Of a DNA stretch of 64,000 bases, positions 34,118 to 45,231 are shown piece after piece. The DNA is from an uncultured delta proteobacterium (GTDB taxonomy: Bacteria > Desulfobacterota > Desulfobacteria > Desulfobacterales > JAHEIW01), in the NCBI GenBank assembly GCA_963706575.1, contig CAVPNL010000004.1, positions 256,001 to 320,000 of the forward strand. The letters run 5' to 3'. Numbering within the stretch: the stretch's first letter is position 1; each line of letters begins with the position of its first letter. Below the pieces are notes generated by a model. The model was not told the DNA's origin, made no database searches, and worked only from the letters and a program-made list of their open reading frames with translations. Made by a program: the position numbers and the translations under genes.

Positions 34118-34717
34118 TTGAAAACCAGTAATGGAAAAACAAGCGTACCGATTGTTGGTGAAAACGTACCCAAAAAGAAAACTTATTTTTTGCCGTGGAT
34201 AGGTAAATTTATATTTGCAATATTCGGATGGAGTTTCAAAAATGAATTTCCCAATATTCCCAAGTTTGTGATTATTATTGGGCCGCATACATCCAATTGG
34301 GATTTTGTTTTTGGGATAGCAGCTATGTTTATATTAGGCGCCAAAATTTCATGGATGGGGAAGCAACCACTCTTTCGAAAACCGTTTGGTGGTATTTTTC
34401 GATGGCTTGGTGGAATACCCATAGATCGAAGTTCATCTCATGGTGTAGTTGATACGATGATCAACCAATACAAAAGTATGGACGAATTCATTCTCGCCAT
34501 AGCACCTGAAGGAACACGAAAAAAAGTGGAGAAGTGGAAATCCGGCTTTTATCGTATTGCTACAGGTGCTGATGTTCCGATATTGATGGCGTGTTTTGAT
34601 TATAAGAATAAGATTATCAGCTTTGGTCCATTAATATATCCTTCAGGGAATTTAAATGCTGATATAGAAGATATGCAGTTATTTTTTGAAAATATAAGGG
34701 GGAAGAAATCTCAATAG
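34118..34717 (+). CDS. lysophospholipid/PlsC-like acyltransferase
   Basis: PHTSNWD (HX4D), APEGTR. Confidence 0.88.
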   Translation: MKTSNGKTSVPIVGENVPKKKTYFLPWIGKFIFAIFGWSFKNEFPNIPKFVIIIGPHTSNWDFVFGIAAMFILGAKISWMGKQPLFRKPFGGIFRWLGGIPIDRSSSHGVVDTMINQYKSMDEFILAIAPEGTRKKVEKWKSGFYRIATGADVPILMACFDYKNKIISFGPLIYPSGNLNADIEDMQLFFENIRGKKSQ

Positions 34718-34996
34718 AATAAAATGCATAATCGTTACAGGGGACGCTTGTGACGGGTGCTGAATTCAGACCTGAAGGTTCTCTCAGCAAACCCAAGTTT
34801 CTATGATACCTTCAAAGTGACACCGAATGAAACTTTAGGCAATTTTACAGATATGAAACGGATATCAGAAGAATTTTCAGGCTTCGAAAAGCTGTTGTTA
34901 GTTGGTATCTTAAAATCTAACGAAAAACTCAGCTTCGCTAATTACCGTATCAATTGCTGTGCTGGGTTAGCCCTTGATTTAAATATGGACCCATCA

Positions 34997-36043
34997 TTAC
35001 ATGTCAATGCCATCTATAAAAACTGGAGCTTCATGGAGCTTTAAGTTATCTTTAAGCGGTTTAATGTAAAGAGAAATATTAGTAGAAATCCGAATAAATC
35101 CCTTCAAACTATTTAGCAGAGGATGGTTTCGCTCGCTTATGCAAAAAATTTGCTTTATATTCTTCTTAAAGGCGAAGTTATTAATGTATCTTATGAGAAT
35201 GGCCAGATGGGAGGGTTCTTTATATCCAATTAGAGTAAGCAGGATCTGATTCAATTGATCACCCGGTTTAAGAGCTTGCGGCAAAACTCGTGTTATAAAC
35301 AGCAAACGACCGATTATCTTCACCTTTAAATTAAGCGATTTCAAAGTGAGTTTCATGACTTGGCTCCAGTCCCAAAAACCTAAGCAGGCCAGGATCTCTC
35401 CTCTATCTTCCAAAACGAGCAAGTTTTCCATTGAGAATTTAGGGACTCGGCTAATGAATCGAGCTAAAATCTCAGCTGATGCTGGTTCATACAATTCGTG
35501 ATTCTGCCAGGTTTCGTTTAACAATTTGGCCACATTCGTCAAATCATCCGATGTAGCAGATCTAATTTTTTCTCGAGACTGTATGGCTACCTCTTTTCTG
35601 ATTACTATACCTGGCATTGCGAGCTTGCGGTGTAATTTGAAACCCAGGCTTTCAACGAGTTTAATCGAAGGCAGATTTTTTTCCATGATCAAGCCGTAAA
35701 CAAGCACTGCACCATTTTGTATTAAGTGATCCTCCATGTTTTGAAGAAGGCTTTTTGCCAGGTTCTTTTTCCGGTGGTTGGGGTGGACGAATGTCTGAAA
35801 TGAGTACCCCACTCGGCTAAGTTTGCCGCTAACAAGGGCGTTTCGCATTGCACAGGCGTGTGATGCAATGATTGTGTCTCCCTCGCACGCAGCATAAACC
35901 TTGTATGATTCATATGCTTTAGCTCTGGCAAAAAAGTCAGGTGTATTGACAACAGATACGATTAAATCGGTACCTTGTGGGCATTTGGCCTGAAGCTTTT
36001 TCAGCGCATCGTTATCATCTGGAACTGCTTCACGTATTTCCAT
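34997..36043 (-). CDS. GNAT family acetyltransferase (two domains)
   Basis: FVHPNHRKKNLA, N..SIKLVESLGF. Confidence 0.75.
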   Translation of the reverse strand: MEIREAVPDDNDALKKLQAKCPQGTDLIVSVVNTPDFFARAKAYESYKVYAACEGDTIIASHACAMRNALVSGKLSRVGYSFQTFVHPNHRKKNLAKSLLQNMEDHLIQNGAVLVYGLIMEKNLPSIKLVESLGFKLHRKLAMPGIVIRKEVAIQSREKIRSATSDDLTNVAKLLNETWQNHELYEPASAEILARFISRVPKFSMENLLVLEDRGEILACLGFWDWSQVMKLTLKSLNLKVKIIGRLLFITRVLPQALKPGDQLNQILLTLIGYKEPSHLAILIRYINNFAFKKNIKQIFCISERNHPLLNSLKGFIRISTNISLYIKPLKDNLKLHEAPVFIDGIDM

Positions 36044-36133
36044 ATTTCAGCCTTTCAAAGCATTCCAAGTAATTCTCTAATCAGGTGAGCGCTTACCAAT
36101 ATCGCCACGCATCACAGAATACAGATATATTGA

Positions 36134-36241
36134 GAGACTGTCGAAAAAGTCCCAAAATGGTGATTTTAGTAATTTCGCATGCAATGAAATCAATAATTAA
36201 CAAACACCAATTTTACGGATTTTGGGTTTTTCGACAGTCTC
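36134..36241. mobile_element. 108-bp IS1182-type MITE inserted in a GATAT site, TGA duplication
   Basis: gatatattga-[gagactgtcgaaaa...ttttcgacagtctc]-tgagagtatc. Confidence 0.85.
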
Positions 36242-36347
36242 TGAGAGTATCTTAATGGCTCAGCGACTTGCATACAATGTCCGCTACAATCGCTTGTTAA
36301 GCAATAAATCGATTTTCCTCAGCCGGGGCCGCTCGACCAAACAAGGG

Positions 36348-37436
36348 TCATGCCGAGAATCGACTCACCGCGTCTTCGTTCCATTCCACGCCTGTGCCGA
36401 TGGCGTCGTCTATGATCGCCATGCCTTTCTCAATTCGGAGCGGCTCGGCCAGGATGGGGTTCCACCAGTCAGCATACTCCAGCCAATGCGCTGTCGGCGT
36501 GCAGCACAGGAGGCGCGCACTGATCTCTGGCCAAAGATGGTTGGACACACGCATACCTTTTGCGTGTGCGAGTGTCGCGGCCCTGAGCCAACCGCTCACT
36601 CCGCCAATCTTCATCACGTCTGGCATTAGGAAGTCCGATGCTTGGGCCTCAATAGCGTGCAGCATGTCCAACGTTCCCCACCAGTTCTCACCGCACTGGA
36701 TTGGGGTTCGCGCTTCGCGTGCTACAAGTGCATGCCCGGCATAATCGTGGGCGAGCGTCGGCTCTTCGACCCAGGTGAGGCCCTCGTCGTCGAGAACCCG
36801 CAGGCGTTCTACTGCCTCTGTCGGAGTGAGGCACTGGTTGTAGTCCACCATGATGGCCATGTCGTCGCCCGCTGCCTTACGAATGGCGCGCACAACGGCG
36901 ACATCCTCTTGCACAGTGGGGTAGCCAATCTTGGCCTTGACACCTGTGAATCCTCGCTTCGCCCAACTCTCGGCGCCCTTTTCGGAGCCTTGCACGCCGT
37001 CGTACCCGACCGCACCGTAGGCACGAACCGGCTTCTCCATCCCCCCGAGCAAGCGCACGAGTGGCATGCTGTGAACGCGAGCCAGCGCATCCCAAAGTGC
37101 CATGTCAATCGCAGCGAGCGCAATACCGACTAGACCTTGCGGCCCTAACAATCGGAATCGTTTGGCGAGTTTTTGCTCGACTTCGGCTGGAGCCAGGACG
37201 TCACCCTGCACCAGGGCCTCGAAATTCTGAATCAGCTCAGCTGTCGGCTTGAGCGCGGCCGGCGTGTAAGTGAACACGATGCTGTGCCCGCTGATTCCGG
37301 TGTCGGTTAAAATATCCGTCAAGACCAGAGGCGACTCGGTAATCACGCCGCTCGCGGTCTGATGCGGTTCTGTCATCGGCACCCGAACAGCCCTCACTCT
37401 GAAGCCTTTAATTGTCGGCGATGAATCTTTTTGCAT
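36348..37436 (-). CDS. mdlA: mandelate racemase (enolase superfamily)
   Basis: KAKIGYP, MVDYNQ, WVEEP, GENW, MPDVMKIGG, SNH, TPTAHWLE match mandelate racemase motifs; GC-rich relative to flanks. Confidence 0.8.
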   Translation of the reverse strand: MQKDSSPTIKGFRVRAVRVPMTEPHQTASGVITESPLVLTDILTDTGISGHSIVFTYTPAALKPTAELIQNFEALVQGDVLAPAEVEQKLAKRFRLLGPQGLVGIALAAIDMALWDALARVHSMPLVRLLGGMEKPVRAYGAVGYDGVQGSEKGAESWAKRGFTGVKAKIGYPTVQEDVAVVRAIRKAAGDDMAIMVDYNQCLTPTEAVERLRVLDDEGLTWVEEPTLAHDYAGHALVAREARTPIQCGENWWGTLDMLHAIEAQASDFLMPDVMKIGGVSGWLRAATLAHAKGMRVSNHLWPEISARLLCCTPTAHWLEYADWWNPILAEPLRIEKGMAIIDDAIGTGVEWNEDAVSRFSA

Positions 37437-37611
37437 ATCCTCCTCCGATCAGTTTGTTCAACATTAATATTGAGTAGACGTCTTGTTTTTGTATTATTTA
37501 AGGCATCTTAGTAGGCGGCAATATAATATTCCTATATGGAATAAAATGCAGATTTATATTCAGGCGAGAATTTTGATGCCATATTCTTGAAACAGTTTAA
37601 TCGATATTACA

Positions 37612-37692
37612 GATTTATTGAGAATACCTGAAAAATACCTAAACTACAGATATGCCAGAATATCACAACATTTTTAAGACTTCAAAAACCTT
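37612..37692 (+). repeat. GATAT tripartite site, units 1 and 2 (unit 3 continues at 38247)
   Basis: gatttattgagaatacc 37612, gatatgccagaatatc 37649 (37 bp apart). Confidence 0.8.
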
Positions 37693-38246
37693 CTTGAAAA
37701 CTGATCTTTCATCGAAGATACAAAAGTTGCAATGGTACTGTGATCGGGCCGCTGGTTGCCAGACAGCGCCATAAAGGTCACGTTCTCACAGCAGGCCCTT
37801 TCAATTTGCCGCGAGGATATCAGCCCCCGCGCGTAAGCCAACAATACCACTTTTAACAAAATCTTAGGATCATAGGCACTGCGGCCTGTCTCGTCATTTT
37901 TGTAGTTGCCCTCAAATACCGACATGTCCATGCGCGTCTCAATGAGCATATGGATGGCAAACTCCAAACTGCCGGGCACCAGTTGCTCCTCTAATGAAAC
38001 CGGGATTAAAACCTTTTGGGAATAATCATAACGCTTAAATTTGGCCATTAATTTGTCCACTCCATATTTGCCTGGTTGTTGTATCAGAAACTAATCTATA
38101 CCTAGCAATAGGACTAGACATTGTCAAACGAAAAAATACAAGGATAGCCGATATTTGCGGGATATTGTTTGGAGCTTTGAGTGGGATAAAAAATTATAGA
38201 TCTTATAGAAAAACCACCTTCAATTGATACCTTTTTCGACAGTCTC
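37693..38246 (-). mobile_element. truncated IS1182-family element (N-terminal transposase fragment from 38048 + one end)
   Basis: GRSAYDPKILLKVVLLAY..GLISSRQIE..C..N..F..L...PDHSTI; end ttttcgacagtctc at 38246. Confidence 0.85.
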
Positions 38247-38390
38247 TGGAGATATCAAAGGTTTTAAAACCGTAATGAAACCCGTGTTACATAGAAGCAG
38301 TTAGCAACGACTTATATCTTACCAATGATTTGATTATATTGATTATTTCAGGCTCGTATGAGTTAACAAATCGGCTTGTTTGGGCATCTT

Positions 38391-39452
38391 CTAAATATCC
38401 AGCAGGCTCTTTTTGATCACGACCTGTTTGAGAATTTCAATGCTGTCGAGAGCTTTACCAGCACCTATAGCTATTGTTGATAATGGATCTTCGGTTATTG
38501 TTATCGGAAGGCCGACTTCCTCTCTGAGAAGTTTGTCCATATTTTTTAAAAGAGCACCACCGCCGGTTAATACAATTCCCCTTTCAGCGATGTCTGCAGC
38601 CAACTCCGGCGGAGTTTGTTCCAAAACCGTTTTCACCGTCTGCACAATGGCATCTATCTGCTCGGAAATTGCTATCCGTATCTCTTCTGAATCAATGGAT
38701 AAAACGTTGGGAATTCCTTTTGTAAGGTCTCTGCCCTTAACTTTTATTGTTTCCAGATTCTGAGGGTCCGGGGATGCATTTCCGATTGTGGTTTTAATTG
38801 TCTCAGCTGTCCGCTCGCCGATCAATAGATTATACTTCCTCCTGATATACTGTATGATTGCAAAATCCATCTTATCACCGGCCACCCTGATGGATCGACT
38901 GTAAACAATTCCTGCCAGAGAAATAACAGCAACCTCTGTAGTGCCGCCGCCGATATCAATTACCATATTGCCTATGGGTTCTGTGAAAGGGAGGTCGGCC
39001 CCAATTGCGGCCGCCATCGGCTCTTCAATCAAAAATACTTCGCGAGCCCCCGCAGCTTCCCCTGCTTCCCTGACAGCGCGCTTTTCAACCTGGGTAATTC
39101 CGGATGGCACGGCGATAACAATTCTCGATCTTACAAATATCCGCCGATTATGCACCCTGCGAATAAAATACCGCAGCATAGCCTCGGTAATTTCAAAATC
39201 AGCAATAACACCGTCAGCTATCGGACGAATGGCTACTATATTTCCGGGTGTCATTCCCAGCATATTTTTCGCTTCAAGACCAACAGCCAAAATGCGATTT
39301 TTTGCCCTCTGGCCCGTTTGAATCGCAACAACTGATGGCTCATTCAATACGATACCCTCGCCTTTCATCCACACGAGGGAATTTGCAGTACCCAGATCAA
39401 TGGCCAGATCATTCGAAAATAAACCCATAACTGCATTAAAGATAGAATTCAT
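38391..39452 (-). CDS. mreB: rod shape-determining actin MreB (orphan paralog)
   Basis: [34 protein letters not shown]. Confidence 0.93.
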   Translation of the reverse strand: MNSIFNAVMGLFSNDLAIDLGTANSLVWMKGEGIVLNEPSVVAIQTGQRAKNRILAVGLEAKNMLGMTPGNIVAIRPIADGVIADFEITEAMLRYFIRRVHNRRIFVRSRIVIAVPSGITQVEKRAVREAGEAAGAREVFLIEEPMAAAIGADLPFTEPIGNMVIDIGGGTTEVAVISLAGIVYSRSIRVAGDKMDFAIIQYIRRKYNLLIGERTAETIKTTIGNASPDPQNLETIKVKGRDLTKGIPNVLSIDSEEIRIAISEQIDAIVQTVKTVLEQTPPELAADIAERGIVLTGGGALLKNMDKLLREEVGLPITITEDPLSTIAIGAGKALDSIEILKQVVIKKSLLDI

Positions 39453-39493
39453 ATATTCTCATTGCACTTCGAAAGATAAAGATTTGAGCGTAT

Positions 39494-39700
39494 ACCAGTT
39501 ACGTGACCGGCAAACCGGTTATGGCGAGAGGGGCCAATTTAATAGCGAAAATTCCTTTTATTGGGATTTAGACAATAAAATCATAGGACCCTATATTTCT
39601 TAAAACGCCTGTTTTACCCCTACAATGGTATCTTTAAGCCTAAATAACGGGCCTTTTTTTATCTCTTTTTGCAAAATATTAAATACTTACTGCGGCCCCC
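39494..39700 (+). mobile_element. 3' fragment and right end of the RAYT element
   Basis: accagttacgtgaccggc...gcaaaatattaaatacttactgcggccccc matches 56741-56952. Confidence 0.85.
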
Positions 39701-39727
39701 TTTTACCCCCTTTTAATTCATTACTAT

Positions 39728-40165
39728 TTAACCGGCCGAACTAATATCTCCAGTGATTTCATTAGCGTAAGTACTAATTCTGTTGATTATATCAGTAACG
39801 TCTTGGTCGTTAATTCCGCGATCTCGAAGTGTATCAAGGAGATGGTTAACGAAAAGAGTAAAGTGGTGTTTAGTTATACCTCTGCCATGGTGGACATGAC
39901 TAAGGGGTTTACCCGTATAAGTGATAGGGCCATCAAGAGCCGCAACAAAGAACTCTCGTTGCATGCTCCGTAGCTTATCAATAGAGGTATTCCTAAAAAA
40001 CGGCTTCAGTTCAGGGTCGGCCAATATACGATCATAAAAGTCATCCACAACCTCCCCGATCATTTGCTTACCGCCGATTCGTTCAAATAGCGTTGGATAG
40101 TTATTTGGCATTTTGAATCTTTCTACTTCAGAATCTTTGATTTTCTGTGTGACACTCTCGTTCAA
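39728..40165 (-). CDS. group 1 truncated hemoglobin
   Basis: LFERIGG, FYDRILAD, F..ALDGP..YTG..L..VH; start possibly 40111. Confidence 0.88.
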   Translation of the reverse strand: MNESVTQKIKDSEVERFKMPNNYPTLFERIGGKQMIGEVVDDFYDRILADPELKPFFRNTSIDKLRSMQREFFVAALDGPITYTGKPLSHVHHGRGITKHHFTLFVNHLLDTLRDRGINDQDVTDIINRISTYANEITGDISSAG

Positions 40166-40218
40166 TTATCAGCACGAATGAGGATTAGAATAAGGATTTC
40201 ATTCCTCTAAGGTAATTA

Positions 40219-40527
40219 TCAATCAGTCTGACTGGCAGTCATCGGCGCATAAATATTGTAGTGGGTTTCTTCGCCAGTTAAAGCTTCAATTTTACTCTCG
40301 ATATGGGTTCTTTCTTTATTGTGTTTCCATCTATTCCAGTCATCTACAGTTTCCCACAAACTGATTACCAAACAATCGCCGGGATGTTCTAAATCACATA
40401 AAGTCTTACCGGAAATATATCCGGGTTGGTGCAGTGCAAGTGCTCGCATCTGCAAGATTAAAGGAACCAATTTTTTTGCATGACCGCCTTGCTTTATCTT
40501 CCTTTTAATTAAGACTTCGACCGCCAT
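40219..40527 (-). CDS. ABM domain protein
   Basis: MRALALHQPGYISGKT; paralog of 15928-16224. Confidence 0.8.
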   Translation of the reverse strand: MAVEVLIKRKIKQGGHAKKLVPLILQMRALALHQPGYISGKTLCDLEHPGDCLVISLWETVDDWNRWKHNKERTHIESKIEALTGEETHYNIYAPMTASQTD

Positions 40528-40727
40528 ATTACCCTCCAAATTTTGAGTTGGGCATTTAATATTGCGAAGTGGGTTAAATGATCAGTTTTGATAATCAATA
40601 GTTCAAGATATTTACCATTGCACCAGTGTGACGTCAACTTTTGATGAGAATATCACAATTTTGGCAATTTTAAAGATATCAGCGGTGCTAAACAAGATGC
40701 ACGACATTTCACAGAAGGGGCGGTTTA

Positions 40728-40979
40728 TTATTCGTTGGACTTGACCGGCGTCACTTTGCCCACAGCATCGAGCCAGCGGATTAGTAGGGATGGTGAAGAA
40801 CGATACCAGTTATCTTTGAGGTCATGGGCTGAGGGTGGAGCAACACGACACCAGGCACCATCAGAATACCGGATTAAGGAAACGCCGTCTAAGACCATCC
40901 GAACACTGCCGTCACCATATTTAGAAACTCGTCGTGCCATTTTCACGCTCCTGTTTAGGGGGGATGATTGAGGATACAT
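40728..40979 (-). CDS. hypothetical protein
   Basis: ORF; probable start MARRV after AGGAG. Confidence 0.4.
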   Translation of the reverse strand: MYPQSSPLNRSVKMARRVSKYGDGSVRMVLDGVSLIRYSDGAWCRVAPPSAHDLKDNWYRSSPSLLIRWLDAVGKVTPVKSNE

Positions 40980-41206
40980 AAGGGACTTACATTTTAACTT
41001 AATCAGTTTTTTTTCAAATTACAAGGCTTGGTTGGGCGGTCGCCGGTTAATCCTTGCGGACTGGGGTTCTTTTTTTTACCTCACCCAGCCACTTGGCCCA
41101 ATATCAAATAAAAAACCCTATCAGAAGTAACTGACAGGGCGATAAGTTCTTTGACAACCTGCTGGGACTGAGTCGCTTATGGATCAGTCCCAATTCCCAT
41201 TCTTGG

Positions 41207-41572
41207 TTGTGATATAAAAGCAATATCACAAGAATTTCGGAGATTCAAAACTACAGGTTGGAGTAACATGCAATTTTAGAATGTAAAGATATTTTGGTTT
41301 GCCAGATGATATCCACAACTATCAGCGTTTGTTACGTATAGATAGCAGTCTACAATTCAGCCAAAGTTTGGATTCCAACCATTAATATAAAACTTTGAAA
41401 AGATGCTTAAATAGCAGATTATTACAATTGTGATAAAAAATGAATATCGCAAGTTTTTCAGAGTTTCAAAACCTTTGATATGTTGGATATCAACGGTTTT
41501 GTAGAGCGTTTATTCATGTGATTTTTGCAGATAGTTGAAAAGGTTTTTGCCCTCTGATATGTTTACAGTATC
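41207..41572 (+). repeat. cluster of GATAT units with no gene between them
   Basis: ttgtgatataaaagcaatatcacaa (unit 41211), units at 41432 and 41477 (45 bp apart), unit at 41556. Confidence 0.75.
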
Positions 41573-41901
41573 TGTAATTTATGGATGATTATGAGAACTT
41601 TGATATATAGCAGAAACATGCAAATCGGCATTCAGACCAGCGATCAAAGATATCTTAAATATTTTTAGCCGTTACAAATTATAGCTTTGTTGGATCACGA
41701 TTCATAAAGCCGGAGCTAACTTGTCAACCCACTACACTTCAAGCCTGCGCAAACTTTTCCTAAAACCGCATATCTTCCGGCGGAACCTCAATTTCAATCA
41801 GAAGATTCAGCATTGCGCAAAATTTTCTTTGGTCAATTTAATATTCAATAATAAAAAAGGGGCATTAGATGCCCCTTCGATTGTGCTGCTAATAGATCGA
41901 C

Positions 41902-42162
41902 TTACTCGGGGACCAGTGATTTGATGACTCCCTTACTATCGGCTTCCACGTTGACGGAATCACCTGGTTTTAAATTCTTTAGGCTTTCCATGTCTATGTC
42001 TGGACCTGTCATAAGCTTTTTTACATCACCGGTATCATCCTTTATTGTCAACTCCTTAGTAACGGGATTGAAGGAATCCACTGTTCCGGTTATTTTTTGA
42101 GTCTCATCAGCGGATACAGCTGCAACCGCGATAAAAGAGAATACAAAAAGAGCCATGAGCAA
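41902..42162 (-). CDS. small secreted beta-rich protein (probably frameshifted at 5' end)
   Basis: Signal peptide, ITGTVDS...LKPGDSVNVE. Confidence 0.6.
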   Translation of the reverse strand: MLMALFVFSFIAVAAVSADETQKITGTVDSFNPVTKELTIKDDTGDVKKLMTGPDIDMESLKNLKPGDSVNVEADSKGVIKSLVPE

Positions 42163-42338
42163 TCATTGATACAGATTTTTTTAACATTTTTAACTCCTTA
42201 GGGTTTCTAATTAATTTTGTTTTTTTTGATTCGCTTATCCGTGACAATCCACACTGGATCAATTCTTAGTTTCTCCTTTCTTTACACCTCCTTTTCCCGT
42301 AGTTAGACTTTCAATTCCTGCCTTTCTTTTTATGTCAT

Positions 42339-42354
42339 TGCAAATGGTATACCA
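42339..42354 (-). promoter_or_regulatory. putative sigma-54 promoter
   Basis: Minus strand TGGTATACCATTTGCA (GG-N10-GC) upstream of the 41902 gene. Confidence 0.5.
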
Positions 42355-42668
42355 AAACAACCAGTTTCAATATCTATTTGAAATTTATAAATATTTTTAC
42401 TTGAAATGATTTTTGGCATCTTACTTGTGTATGATTTACCTTACACAAGCTAACAGGAAAAAGAATGAATTAGAGTTGTAAGTAACCGAGGATTCTATGT
42501 TTAATAAACATTTAAGGATTTTTATTCACAGTGACTACAAAATCGTACTCAAATCAAGTACCGCGGAGGATATTTTAAAGACTCAATCTTTATTTATATC
42601 ATAACATTCATAGTTACTTAGGTGAAAAATTGGATTGCTAATTGGCTAATTATAAAAAGATTTATGAT

Positions 42669-43214
42669 TCATCCGGTAATGAATAAATTGGAGATAAATA
42701 ATCGCTTTCTTGTTTTATTTCTTCTACTATCTTTTTGACATCTGTTGTCTTTCCATTCACCATTTCCACTACTATTTTTGAGTCCTTCAAGATTTAAACC
42801 AGAAACAATCATACTCGAATTTGCACCTACCCTGTGCATTGCCCTAACCAACTTATATATTTTGTCCTTTTGCGGATGATTCTGCCATGGGTGCTTTTTA
42901 CTTACAACGACAACATTTAATGACTCAAATTTATCAGAAACCTGTTTCGTGGCAATCTTATCGACTTTATGAACGATTTGCCTGAGGTCATTGGCTATTT
43001 CCCGCAACTGATTGGTCTGCAATTCATGCTTGGTATTATGTGGAGATTGTCTTTGATCTGAGCTAAGTAGATTAGCGACCGCCCTTTCAATAAATTGGGT
43101 AATGGTTTTCCCTGTCAATTTTCTTTCTTTATCTATCAGATTCTTTAGTTCAGCAGACACCTTAACCGTTATGGTCTTCTTGTCTTCTGAAGCATGCTTT
43201 TCTTTCTTTTTCAT
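42669..43214 (-). CDS. hypothetical protein with N-terminal ribbon-helix-helix-like segment
   Basis: KTITVKVSAELKNLID...TITQFIERAV. Confidence 0.5.
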   Translation of the reverse strand: MKKKEKHASEDKKTITVKVSAELKNLIDKERKLTGKTITQFIERAVANLLSSDQRQSPHNTKHELQTNQLREIANDLRQIVHKVDKIATKQVSDKFESLNVVVVSKKHPWQNHPQKDKIYKLVRAMHRVGANSSMIVSGLNLEGLKNSSGNGEWKDNRCQKDSRRNKTRKRLFISNLFITG

Positions 43215-43989
43215 GTGGCTAACCTGGCACTTATCGTTCATCTGTATTTTTTTATTATTTGGCTATAGCTGGTTCGGTTATATTTAATATTCGCTGGACT
43301 CTATGGCTGCTTGGCCGCCGGTTTCTTCGATAGGTGCGTTTCGAAGAGACAGTATTTTTGATGATCAGGAACGAAAAGAGCGATTAAAAAGAAAACTTCT
43401 GGCAGCATAGAGTTTAGAAGTTATGAAACCTTGATGAATTTCTTTTTGCTAAGGTTATTTGGCAAATTAATGTTTTTCATCTAAATACTTTAACATTAAT
43501 ATTGCAAAAACACCGATAAGTACCATGGCAAAATTAACAATAAGTACCATCTTTAGTTCCTTTTACTCATGGACAAATGAATTAGAGATGCTATTATCCA
43601 TTTAAATATTGCAAAACTCATTCCATTTTTTATTGGAAATTTTTTGTAAATAATCAGGGATGTTAAGAATGGCAGGGTAGGATTCTAAAACGGAGATGTG
43701 TACAATATTATACGGAGCGTAAGATATTTTATAATTAAATCAACTTAGTGATTTATAGATACACGAAATACATTTTTTTACATTTCATGCGCCAGTCCTT
43801 AATTTTTGGCCATGCAAAAGAGAATAAATTAGCGTGCCTGATGCGAAAATTTGGAGGGTCCGGAATTTTGTTAGGTGTGGTCACGAAATATCCAATTTGG
43901 GATTTTGTAGATTGGGTTAAATAAGCTGAAATTTCGCAATAGGAAAACTTGAGATATCACAACAGAAAACCAAATATCATCCAGGTTGC

Positions 43990-44046
43990 TATTAATTGAG
44001 AATACCTGAAAAATACCAGAAGTGCAGATATCGTAATCTGATATCA
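43990..44046 (+). repeat. GATAT site (units 37 bp apart)
   Basis: tattaattgagaatacctgaaaaataccagaagtgcagatatc. Confidence 0.75.
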
Positions 44047-44053
44047 CAGGTTT

Positions 44054-44353
44054 TTAAATTAACTTTGCTCCGTAGCCGAGTTGATAAGATGATCCCTGAA
44101 TTTCTATACACCACATGATTTTGACATCAAAATACTGATGGGATTTACTTATAAATTGCTGTGGTGGTTTCTTAATTGATATGGCTATCTCATGTCCTTG
44201 TAAAAGGTCTTCGTTAGTTTCGAAATACAATCCCTCCTTACTAAAGTTGTACATAGTGCCCTTGTAAAAAAAATCAGCTGGACTCGTATTATGCAGAATA
44301 GGAGTTTCACATGGAATCCGCTCAGATTTTCTGCGTTCAATGCCAGTATTCAT
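44054..44353 (-). CDS. PilZ domain protein
   Basis: ERRKSER (RxxxR) and NFSKEG (NxSxxG). Confidence 0.85.
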   Translation of the reverse strand: MNTGIERRKSERIPCETPILHNTSPADFFYKGTMYNFSKEGLYFETNEDLLQGHEIAISIKKPPQQFISKSHQYFDVKIMWCIEIQGSSYQLGYGAKLI

Positions 44354-44446
44354 TTGTTCATCTCCTCCGCTTGATAAGGTCGCCGATAATTTAATCTTAG
44401 AAAACATGCGATTACTTGCAAGTATCCTACGTTGGCATCAACCTGT

Positions 44447-44498
44447 GATACATTGATAATATCACCAACACAGGAAATTTCAGATATCAAGCGATATC
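44447..44498 (+). repeat. GATAT site (units 36 bp apart)
   Basis: gatacattgataatatc 44447, gatatcaagcgatatc 44483. Confidence 0.7.
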
Positions 44499-45231
44499 CT
44501 AAAAACAAAACCCCACCTCTCAATTTGAGAAATGGGGTTCTGGAAATAAAAACATAATACCCTCCGGTAAAGGGTTATTATTTATTTTTTTTCGTACTTT
44601 TGAAGGGCTTCATGCATTCAGCGTCTTATAGCCTCTAAGCGTGTATTATTTCGGAAAGTTCTAGATAGTACTTACAATTTGAAAGATCTATCTTGCTCTA
44701 AATCGTCCATTGTTTTTGAATATTTAGCTTTAGATGATTGACCAATTTTTGACAATAAACCGATTAGCAGGTAGGTCAAGGTCAGAAAAAGTATAATCGC
44801 TAAACTAGCAAATATTATGATCTCAAATTTTGGCATTATTTACCCTCAACAAAATATTTAATGCTTAACAGTATCATAAATTATATGTAGTTTCTATAGA
44901 CTAATTTTGGTGATTGGTCTTTATTAAACCATTGGAAAAAAGGGAGGGATGTCATTTGTCTTCTCCAAATCGGACTCCTGGTAAACTTAAAACAATGCTC
45001 CACAATACCGAAAAAACTCTTTCAACGCCGTTTTAAGCGATTAAAATTCGTTCTGAAGAGTTAATGGGGGAAACGGATAGTTTCTTTGGTAATTTTTTAA
45101 CAAGATTTAAACTAAAAACTTTTCGACAATTTGAGGGGCAGGATCGTTTAGATTTTGTCCCTATTCCCTTCTTTAATTGTGATATAAAACGTGTATCACA
45201 ACTTTTTCAGAGATTCAAAAGTGCTGATATG

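Noticed and set aside
34757..35044. PAS-containing gene
   Set aside because: Only the first 30 or so codons resemble a PAS fragment; the remainder is unrecognisable and overlaps the GNAT gene end.
39400..39603. 67-aa ORF
   Set aside because: Chimera of mreB antisense sequence and the RAYT transposase C-terminal fragment.
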